A DNA stretch of 14,173 nt from a bacterium. GTDB taxonomy: Bacteria; SZUA-182; DTGQ01. The translations under genes and the position numbers were made by a program. Shown here in pieces: positions 6,858 through 14,173 of this stretch. The stretch is from NCBI GenBank assembly GCA_040752695.1, contig JBFMGO010000136.1:1-14173 (forward strand), given 5' to 3'. Each line of letters begins with the position of its first letter. The first letter of the stretch is position 1. The notes under the pieces are model-generated. The model saw nothing but the letters and a program-made list of their open reading frames with translations, was not told the origin of the DNA and did no database searches.

Positions 6858-7966
6858 TAACTGGATGAATACCACACATCGAAAATGGCACTCCGTACCC
6901 CTTCATAAGGCAAAAACAAGGATGCCTCACCTTTATCATCCACCTGATACCCCAGATGAATGAAATCAGAGCCTTCATTACCCGCGGCTGCAACGATGAT
7001 TTTGCCTGGCCCCGTAAGCTCGTTCAATGCCTGCTCAAAGAGAGATGTTCCATCATGCGGCCCTAAATGGCTTCCTAAACTCATATTGATAACAACAGGC
7101 TTGCCTATAGACTGAGCCTTCCTGAAGATATAGTTTGCAGCATCGACGATCCAGGTATCCGATGCGGAACCTTCACAGGTACCGAATGAAGTAACGACAA
7201 TAATATCAGCTAAAGGAGCGATACCGGTGTAATCGGCATTATCATTGGGAGCATTTCCATTGCCTGCGGTGATACCTGCAACGTGTGTACCATGGCCCCA
7301 GGCATCTACATTATTATCCTGTTCCGAGCAATTTCCGCTGTCAATTTCCCCTGAATCGCACTCATTTCCATACGTGTAGCCCTCTGGCGGAGTCCCGTTC
7401 GGAGCACATTGATCCCAGATAGAGGCGATGCGCGTTGATCCATCGGGATTTTTAAAATCCGGATGATCGAAGTCAATACCGGTATCAATAACGCCCACAA
7501 TCACGCCCTTGCCTTTACAGGCTGCGGGCAGACCCTGTCCTTGCTGAACCTTATCGACGCCAATCTCCGGGCGGCTGACATCCAGAAGCGGCCAGTTCCT
7601 GGAAGCCAGTTCCACATATTCAATCCCATCCAATCTGCCAACAGCGTCCAGGCTCCGCAATGGAAGCCAGGCAGTGGCGATCCCCGATGGTAAAACCGTA
7701 TGGACCCGTCCGTCAGCCTTCTTAAGAGCGCTGGTGTATGAAGCATTTTTAAACTTGATCAGTACACCGAGCGTTGTTTCACCGGTCACGGGATGAGAAA
7801 AGATGGAAAAGTGATTGGCGAAAATGGATGTCTCATCAGCTTTTTTGGAAGCAATCAGATTGAGGGCAGGACTGAACCTGGCGCTGATCGCTCCAAAGGC
7901 ATTGGCCGAAACCAATGGAACCAGGAGCAAGATGCAGAGAAATAACGCTGATTTTCTACGAATCAT
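6809..7966 (-). pseudogene. Secreted S8 (subtilisin-family) serine peptidase, truncated before the catalytic Ser
   Basis: Signal peptide, propeptide, 'GVIDTGID' (Asp), 'GHGTHVAG' (His), 'INMSLG', 'AAAGNEG' (oxyanion Asn). No GTSM/GTSA motif before the stop. GGAGG RBS. Confidence 0.85.
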
Positions 7967-8613
7967 CTTTCACATCCTCCATGGTTTTTATGGTTATGCT
8001 GATCGCTAGGATAAACCTCCTTGGCAAGCTCCAGGTAGGTGACAAAATCAAATTTGGCCAGGTCCAGGATGTCCCCTGCCTGACATTCCGTAGTAAAGAA
8101 GCTGCTCGTCACGGTGCCGACCGAACATCCCAAGTCCGACACTTTTTGCCGCAATTCCTGCGACTCTACACCAGCATATTTGCCTATTATTCCCAGGTAC
8201 TCATCAAGACGATCTTCTTTTGTCAATTCAGCGAGCTTTCTCTTCAAGGCAGGATCGAGTTTTTCCGCGATATTGGGATCGATATCCAGTGTCGTATCGG
8301 TGGCTGCCTTAATACTTTCTCGTTTTCTCGTTAGCGGATGGATGCCCGCTTCCGGTTTTACAGATTCGTTTACCTCATCTACCTCATCGCGGGTAGCGAC
8401 CTCCCCTACGGATTCGTTCGCTTCATCCCGGGAAGCGACCTTGCTTTGACTCTGACCACAACCTGCTGCCGAAATCAGGCACAGGCACAGAACCATTGCA
8501 GCAAACCACTGCCAGAGGGTATCTTCTCTATGTACAAATATATCTATTATTGTCCGGCGCATCCGGCTGATTTTTGTCTTAAGTTGAATCAACTTCCAAC
8601 CTTTCCTGATCAT
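7963..8613 (-). CDS. Putative lipoprotein with a stand-alone S8 propeptide/I9-like domain
   Basis: Hydrophobic stretch ending 'LISAAGC' (lipobox-like), acidic repeated linker, C-terminal domain resembling the neighbouring peptidase propeptide; 4-bp ATGA overlap with the peptidase. Start uncertain (8613, 8562 or later). Confidence 0.65.
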   Translation of the reverse strand: MIRKGWKLIQLKTKISRMRRTIIDIFVHREDTLWQWFAAMVLCLCLISAAGCGQSQSKVASRDEANESVGEVATRDEVDEVNESVKPEAGIHPLTRKRESIKAATDTTLDIDPNIAEKLDPALKRKLAELTKEDRLDEYLGIIGKYAGVESQELRQKVSDLGCSVGTVTSSFFTTECQAGDILDLAKFDFVTYLELAKEVYPSDQHNHKNHGGCER

Positions 8614-8626
8614 AACCTTACACCTT

Positions 8627-8658
8627 CCTTCATTCCTTCGTTCCTTCATTCGTTCATT
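8627..8658 (+). repeat. Octamer tandem tract upstream of the lipoprotein gene
   Basis: About four copies of a TTCCTTCA-like unit (TTCCTTCA, TTCCTTCG, TTCCTTCA, TTCGTTCA). Confidence 0.7.
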
Positions 8659-8814
8659 TATGATATTGATGTTAAAACCTCCCCCTGTCATCTTTCTTTC
8701 GAAAAGGGGGAGAAAGTAAATGACCATGTTCTGTGGTGCTATGCATCATATTTACAGGGCCCTGATTGCCTTATCGGAGATAGCAATCACTATCCTATCA
8801 GCCCGAATTATTAT

Positions 8815-8945
8815 TCATAAAAGCATACATTTTTATTAATTTATTATGTAGTATTATTATTAATGTTACATATAATATTGAAATTATCTTCTAGCCAATA
8901 TGAGTACAAATGGGCTATAATATGGATATAAGTGATTGAAAATAT
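8815..8945. promoter_or_regulatory. AT-rich divergent promoter region
   Basis: Very AT-rich spacer between divergent genes. TATAAT at 8871-8876 and 8916-8921 on +; the second has TAGCCA 18 nt upstream. Confidence 0.4.
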
Positions 8946-8977
8946 CACCTTTGAGAGGAAAGGAGAGGTAAGTTCTG

Positions 8978-10438
8978 ATGACTGTCTTTGTTCCAGGCTA
9001 TGAGCATGACATTTTCATAAGTTATGCGCACGTCGATGATGAACCTATCCCCGGTGCAGAAGAGGGCTGGGTTTCAACTTTGGTGGGGGGACTCAAGACG
9101 CTTTTAGCCCAGAGGCTGGGCAGGAGCGATACCTTTTCTCTGTGGATGGATTATCGGTTATCCCTGCATGAGCCAATTACGCCTGAACTTCTGTCTACCA
9201 TAGAGCATTCGGCTGTACTGGTCGTTATCCTGTCACCCGGATATCTTGCCTCAGAGTGGTGTCAGAGGGAGAGAAACACCTTCTTGCAGATGGTAAGAGA
9301 CCGGCCTCGTCGCAATTCGCGGATATTTGTCGTGGAGCGTGATAAAATTGAAACAAGCGAGCGGCCGGCTGAATTCAGAGACCTTTTGGGGTATCGTTTC
9401 TGGGTTGAAGACAAAGGATGCAGAACGCCTCGTATTCTGGGTGAGCCAAGGCCAAATCCCAGTGATCCCAAAAGCCAGCCTTATTACGACCGGCTCAATG
9501 ATCTCAGCCACGACATGGCCGAGGAATTGAAGCGGATCAGAGAGTCAGTTGAAAGCCCTGATGCAGAAAGGGAGAGAGTCGATACGCGGCCTGCTGTTTT
9601 CCTGGCCGAAGTCACCGATGATCTGGTTATTCAGCGTGATGAGGTGATGCGCTACCTGGTCCAGGCTGGCCTGAGAGTGCTGCCTGAAACTCAGCTCTAT
9701 TTCAGTGAGCCGGCTGCTTTTCAAAAGGCAGTGGATAGAGACCTTGAAGAATGTAAAATCTTTGTCCAGTTGCTGAGCGGCCTGACCGGCAGAAGGTGTG
9801 CGCATGGGCCAAGCCACATCTGCCTTCAATATCAACTGGCTCTGAAAGCAGGAAAACAGATTCTCCAGTGGCGCAGTCCCTCATTGGACACGGCGACCAC
9901 AGCGGACAAGGATCATCGCAATCTTCTGGAAGGTGAAACAGTTCTGGCAGTCGGGCTGGAGGAATTCAAGCGGGAGGTTGTAGAGCTGGCACTGGCCAAG
10001 CCTGCTCCCAGGGTCAGTGCGGTATGTACCCTTGTTTTTCTGGATGCAAACAGGGAGGATGATTCATTGGCCCGGGAGGTAGTCAGGGTGATGGAAAAAA
10101 ATGAGATCGGCTATGTCCTGCCACTTCGCAGCGGCCACCCGGCAGATGTTCGGAAGGATTTAGAGGAGTGCCTCCTTGATTCCGATGGAGTAATCGTCGT
10201 TTATGGCACCGTTACTCCGGTCTGGGCACGGGAGCAGCTTCGATATTGCCGCAAGATCATGTACAAGCGCGAGGAGCCCCTCAAAGCCATAGCCGTTTAT
10301 GAAGGCCCGCCACCAGGGCCCAAAGACCCTTTGAATATCGCTCTCCCCGGTATGCAAATCATTCAGTGCCCGATATGCTCCCTTGAAAGAGCGCTTCAGC
10401 CCTTTTTCGAGTCGCTTAAAAGAGAAGAAAGGCGATAA
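8978..10438 (+). CDS. TIR-domain protein (N-terminal TIR_2-type domain plus two further TIR-like alpha/beta domains)
   Basis: 'DIFISYAHVD', 'LWMD', 'SAVLVVILSPGYLASEWCQRE' (Glu at the TIR catalytic position). Two downstream units share VFL...VLP...DLEEC. Strong AGGAGAGG RBS. Confidence 0.9.
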   Translation: MTVFVPGYEHDIFISYAHVDDEPIPGAEEGWVSTLVGGLKTLLAQRLGRSDTFSLWMDYRLSLHEPITPELLSTIEHSAVLVVILSPGYLASEWCQRERNTFLQMVRDRPRRNSRIFVVERDKIETSERPAEFRDLLGYRFWVEDKGCRTPRILGEPRPNPSDPKSQPYYDRLNDLSHDMAEELKRIRESVESPDAERERVDTRPAVFLAEVTDDLVIQRDEVMRYLVQAGLRVLPETQLYFSEPAAFQKAVDRDLEECKIFVQLLSGLTGRRCAHGPSHICLQYQLALKAGKQILQWRSPSLDTATTADKDHRNLLEGETVLAVGLEEFKREVVELALAKPAPRVSAVCTLVFLDANREDDSLAREVVRVMEKNEIGYVLPLRSGHPADVRKDLEECLLDSDGVIVVYGTVTPVWAREQLRYCRKIMYKREEPLKAIAVYEGPPPGPKDPLNIALPGMQIIQCPICSLERALQPFFESLKREERR

Positions 10439-10618
10439 ATAGTACGCCACCAGCCATTCCCCTTACGGAACTGCCCCAGCATAGCCAAGTCAAGCTATAT
10501 GTTATCTATTATCTGATTGCAGTAAGAGTTCAAAAAATTCCGATTTTTCCTTTAACGGAGTATAATCCAAGGAACATAATCATAAGAAACACAGCCTGGA
10601 AAGTTGATACGCGAAACC

Positions 10619-13600
10619 ATGAGTGACTTTCCCTATCCGGGGCTTCGCCCTTTTCGGCAGGACGAGACAGACATTTTTTTTGGTCGTGAAGGCCAGGTAG
10701 ACCAGCTTCTCGAGAGACTCGAGAAATCACGGTTTCTGGCTGTACTGGGCCCATCTGGGTGCGGGAAATCCTCTCTTTTGAATGCAGGTATGTTGGCCAG
10801 CCTCGAAATCGGCTTTATGGCCAGTGCCGGAGCGCAATGGCGAACGGCCACCATGAAACCCGGCAATTCTCCCATAAGGGAATTAGCCAGGGCCCTTTTG
10901 AAGGATGAGTCCCTTGGGCCGGAGTGGGGCGAGTACAGGGAAAATGTGGCTTATCTGCAGGCGGTTCTGCGAAGGGGGCCTCTTGGCCTGGTTGAAGCAC
11001 TCAAAGAAACGCCCCTGCCAAAAGGCACGAATGTGCTGATTCTGGTTGACCAGTTTGAGGAGATCTTCCGCTACCGCCAGCAGGGCAGTGCTGATGAGGC
11101 TGAAGCCTTTGTATCTCTTCTTCTGAATTCTGCCAGGCAAAGGGAAGTCCCCGTGTATGTGGTCATTGCCATGCGTACGGACTTTCTGGGCGATTGCAGC
11201 CTTTTAAGTGGCCTTCCTGAGGCGATAAATGAGGGCCAGTTTCTCATCCCGCGCCTCGATAGAGAGCAAAGCCGGGCGGCCATAGAAGGACCTGCCGGAG
11301 TGTTCCAGGGAGAAATTGAGCCTGCTCTCGTGAACAGGCTCCTCAATGACATGCAAAAGGATCCGGATCAATTGCCCCTCATGCAGCATGCCCTGATGCG
11401 GATGTGGACCCTTGCCCTGGCTAGAGGTGCTGCTTCTCCCACCCTCACCTCAGGGGATTATGAGGCCATCGGCGGTCTGGAGAAAGCCCTGTCAAACCAT
11501 GCTGACGAGGCTTTCGATGAATTGGAGGAGAGGCAAAAGCCAATAGCAGAGACGCTTTTTCGCTCATTGACCGAGCGGTCCATCACCAGGCGGGATACCC
11601 GCCGTCCTACAAGGCTTTCAAAGGTAGCTGCGATAACCGGTGTAGACCCGGAGGAAGTGGCCAAAGTAGTAGAAGTCTTCCGCCAGCCTGGCCGCAGCTT
11701 TCTCACTCCCTCTGTCAGAGAGCCCCTGTTGCCTGAAACCATAATCGATATCAGCCACGAGAGCCTGATTCGCCAATGGGAACGATTAAATGGATGGGTT
11801 GAGGCAGAGGCAGTTTCAGCGGGCGAGTATTACCGGCTGGAGCAGACCGCTCACCTGTGGAAAGAGGGAGTCGCTGAATTGTGGGGCGGGCTCGATCTTC
11901 AAAACGCCCTGGCCTGGAAGGATCGCCAGCATCCCACGCGAGAATGGGCAAACCGCTATGGCACGGATTTCGACTTGGTCATGGAGTTTCTCACGAAAAG
12001 CCAAAATCACTGGGAAGAGGAAAAAAAGAGGAAAAAGGAGTCCGCACAACGGGAATTGAAGTTAAAGCAGGCCAAAAAACGTATGGCCTTGACCCTTGTT
12101 GGGCTGGTAATAGCCTTATGCCTGGTTTTTTGGGCGCTTTCAGAGAGGGAGAAAGCCAGGAAGGCTGAAGATTTTATCTGTCTTCATCTTTTTAAATCCT
12201 ATCTTAAGCAGGCATCCTTGCTGGCAGAGAATGATAATTACGAGCATGCCCGTGAGACTCTCAGGAGCAGCCGCACGCTTGATCCGCAAATCCAGCACAT
12301 CCAGCCGGAACTGCTGCTGAGCAGAAAGCTGCTTGACTGGTTTGTCAACACGAAAGGCGGCAAGGCTGCAAGGACCTATCAATTAAGGGATGACAGGCAC
12401 CTCGGTGACATACGTCTTTATGATGTAGCAGTCAGTCCGGATGGCCACCTTTTGGCAGCCATTGGAGAGGAAGGCACTGTTGCTCTCTTTGATCTGGACA
12501 GTGCGAGAGTAGTGGGGAGGTGGCAGGTATCATCGGCGGAAACAAAAGATGCGTTTCGCATCTGGGGAAGCATAGCCTTTCATCCTGATGGCAAGCGGCT
12601 GATAACAGCCGGGGATGGCCGGGGTATTGTATTGTTGAGTGTACCGGACGGGAAAAAACTGGATGTGTGGCAGACACGGGGTAAAATATGGGATCTTGCT
12701 CTCAGTCCGGATGGTAAATGGCTGGCAACTGGCGGCACTGATCCCAATGTGACAATCCGGGACGTGGAAACGGGAAAGGTAATACGTATTCTTGAAGGGC
12801 ATCATAATGAAATCAATGGCCTTTCCTTTAGCCCTGATGGAAGGTTTCTGGCCAGTGCATCTGCTGATCAGAATGCTATCATATGGGAATGGGATCTGAA
12901 AAAATGGAAGTGCAGGCATGTTCTCTGCGGGCATACAGACGAAGTTGCAGAAGTTGTCTTCAGCCCTGACAGCCGCATCCTGGCAACCGGAGGCGAAGAT
13001 AAAAATATCCTCCTGTGGGATGTGGAGTCAGGAAGACAAAAAGGTATACTGCAAGGCCATAGCAATGAAGTATACGGCCTTGCTTTTATCAATCACCGCT
13101 ATCTCGCCTCAGCCAGTCGTGATCGCACGGTGAGGATATGGGATGTAGACCTCAGCCTGAGGCAGGATCATCTCAGTATACCTGTATGGGTACTCCAGGG
13201 GCATAGAGCATTCATAAACCGCCTGACTGCATTCGGCAATCAACTTTTCAGCGCAGGCGACGACCATAAGGTGCTCAGGTGGGATATTCCATCGAAGATA
13301 ATGCCGGAAGATATAAAAATGCTCGATTTCTCTGGTGATGGTCGCGGCTATGAACCGCGCTCCTGCGCCATTGCTCCGGATGGCTCCGCACTGGCCGTGC
13401 AGTTTTCCAGCGGCAGGCTTCGCCTCTATGCGTTGCCTGATACCCGATTGCTGTGGGAGAGTCCAGGAGTACGGACGAAAAGGCGAAAAGAAGAAGAATC
13501 ACCAGCCAGGGAGCCGGAAACTGAAGAGCCGGGAGCTGAAGTGATAAGCCGGCTTATCTTCAGCTCCGATGGTCAAAGTCTGGCCCTGGCCAATTACGAT

Positions 13601-14173
13601 GATCCCAATATAAGTATCTGGCAGGCCAGGAGCGGCCGATTGATGCGGATCTTCAAAGGTCATAAGGGAGGTGTTCTAGGCCTGGCCTTCTCCCCGGATG
13701 GCCGATTGCTGGCTACTGCCGGTTTAGACGGCAAAATCGGCATCTTTGAAAGAGACAAGGAAAACGGCCGTTTCTATTCTGCCCATGAAAGGGCGGTCTT
13801 TTCAGTGGCTTTCAGCAGGGACTGCCGGCAGCTGCTGAGCGCGGGGGAGGATGGCACGGCAAGACTCTGGGATCTTAAAACCTGGTCCTCCGGGCCAATT
13901 CTGCGGCAAGTCTTCCCCGTTTCAGAGGACAGAATATACTGGGCAGCATTCAGCCCTGATGAAAGCAAGATCGGTTTGGTCGGACGGGATACGATGGTTC
14001 ATATCCTGAGAGCCAGTGACGGGAGAAAAGAAAGGATACTGCCCGGCCACGAAAGTAGTATCTACCGCATTGCCTTCAGTCCTGACGGCGGGCAGGTCGT
14101 TACCGTGAGTAAAGATGCCACGCTGCGGTTATGGGACCTGGAAAACGAAGAAGAGCTTTTTGCTTTGCGTCTG
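10619..14173 (+). CDS. nSTAND1 ATPase - transmembrane helix - WD40 repeat protein (NLR-like), partial at the 3' end
   Basis: Open frame from ATG 10619 to the window end (1185 codons, no stop, so not in the ORF track). 'MSDFPYPGLRPF', Walker A GPSGCGKS, Walker B 'LILVDQFEEIF', charged helix, TM 'MALTLVGLVIALCLVFWAL' (12083-12139), then about 13 WD40 repeats (GH...FSPDG...WD) from ~12410. Confidence 0.95.
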   Translation, partial: MSDFPYPGLRPFRQDETDIFFGREGQVDQLLERLEKSRFLAVLGPSGCGKSSLLNAGMLASLEIGFMASAGAQWRTATMKPGNSPIRELARALLKDESLGPEWGEYRENVAYLQAVLRRGPLGLVEALKETPLPKGTNVLILVDQFEEIFRYRQQGSADEAEAFVSLLLNSARQREVPVYVVIAMRTDFLGDCSLLSGLPEAINEGQFLIPRLDREQSRAAIEGPAGVFQGEIEPALVNRLLNDMQKDPDQLPLMQHALMRMWTLALARGAASPTLTSGDYEAIGGLEKALSNHADEAFDELEERQKPIAETLFRSLTERSITRRDTRRPTRLSKVAAITGVDPEEVAKVVEVFRQPGRSFLTPSVREPLLPETIIDISHESLIRQWERLNGWVEAEAVSAGEYYRLEQTAHLWKEGVAELWGGLDLQNALAWKDRQHPTREWANRYGTDFDLVMEFLTKSQNHWEEEKKRKKESAQRELKLKQAKKRMALTLVGLVIALCLVFWALSEREKARKAEDFICLHLFKSYLKQASLLAENDNYEHARETLRSSRTLDPQIQHIQPELLLSRKLLDWFVNTKGGKAARTYQLRDDRHLGDIRLYDVAVSPDGHLLAAIGEEGTVALFDLDSARVVGRWQVSSAETKDAFRIWGSIAFHPDGKRLITAGDGRGIVLLSVPDGKKLDVWQTRGKIWDLALSPDGKWLATGGTDPNVTIRDVETGKVIRILEGHHNEINGLSFSPDGRFLASASADQNAIIWEWDLKKWKCRHVLCGHTDEVAEVVFSPDSRILATGGEDKNILLWDVESGRQKGILQGHSNEVYGLAFINHRYLASASRDRTVRIWDVDLSLRQDHLSIPVWVLQGHRAFINRLTAFGNQLFSAGDDHKVLRWDIPSKIMPEDIKMLDFSGDGRGYEPRSCAIAPDGSALAVQFSSGRLRLYALPDTRLLWESPGVRTKRRKEEESPAREPETEEPGAEVISRLIFSSDGQSLALANYDDPNISIWQARSGRLMRIFKGHKGGVLGLAFSPDGRLLATAGLDGKIGIFERDKENGRFYSAHERAVFSVAFSRDCRQLLSAGEDGTARLWDLKTWSSGPILRQVFPVSEDRIYWAAFSPDESKIGLVGRDTMVHILRASDGRKERILPGHESSIYRIAFSPDGGQVVTVSKDATLRLWDLENEEELFALRL

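Noticed and set aside
6809..7966. S8 peptidase as the effector of the STAND system (protease-coupled defence)
   Set aside because: It has a signal peptide and propeptide, lies on the opposite strand in its own operon, and abuts the STAND only through the truncation junction.
8614..8727. Start of the lipoprotein ORF at 8727
   Set aside because: The extension runs through hairpins and an octamer repeat and would put the lipobox about 90 residues from the N-terminus.
10530..13968. Numerous short ORFs on the minus strand and in alternate frames listed in the ORF track
   Set aside because: They are shadows of the long + strand STAND-WD40 frame starting at 10619.
12410..14173. HET-E-like high-identity WD40 repeats or a DGR-type variable region
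   Set aside because: The repeats are clearly divergent at DNA level, and no template/variable repeat pair or reverse transcriptase is visible.

Overview
Bacterial accessory/mosaic region, probably from an anaerobic diderm; the lineage cannot be fixed from this window. Left to right: (1) A minus-strand three-gene toxin-antitoxin-like operon (PIN nuclease, RHH antitoxin, YgiT-type zinc finger) with a near-consensus sigma70 promoter, an overlapping palindromic operator and a probable leaderless start. (2) A degenerate attC-like site. (3) An incomplete Rnf cluster (rnfG-rnfE-rnfA, no rnfC/D/B adjacent) followed by a small single-cluster ferredoxin and a PNPOx-like flavin-binding protein. (4) Two small minus-strand membrane ORFs behind a sigma54-type promoter, separated by a 256-bp MITE-like element with terminal inverted repeats and an 8-bp target duplication. 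(5) A truncated nSTAND1 ATPase gene that meets a truncated, convergent S8 peptidase gene at one shared breakpoint (~6810). (6) A lipoprotein resembling a stand-alone peptidase propeptide. (7) A TIR protein with two extra TIR-like domains, followed by an effector-less nSTAND1-TM-WD40 NLR-like protein. That last ORF runs off the window end and is absent from the supplied ORF track. The best candidate for a novel system is the split multi-TIR plus membrane-anchored STAND-WD40 module with a duplicated receptor gene; the RnfGEA-ferredoxin half-module is second.
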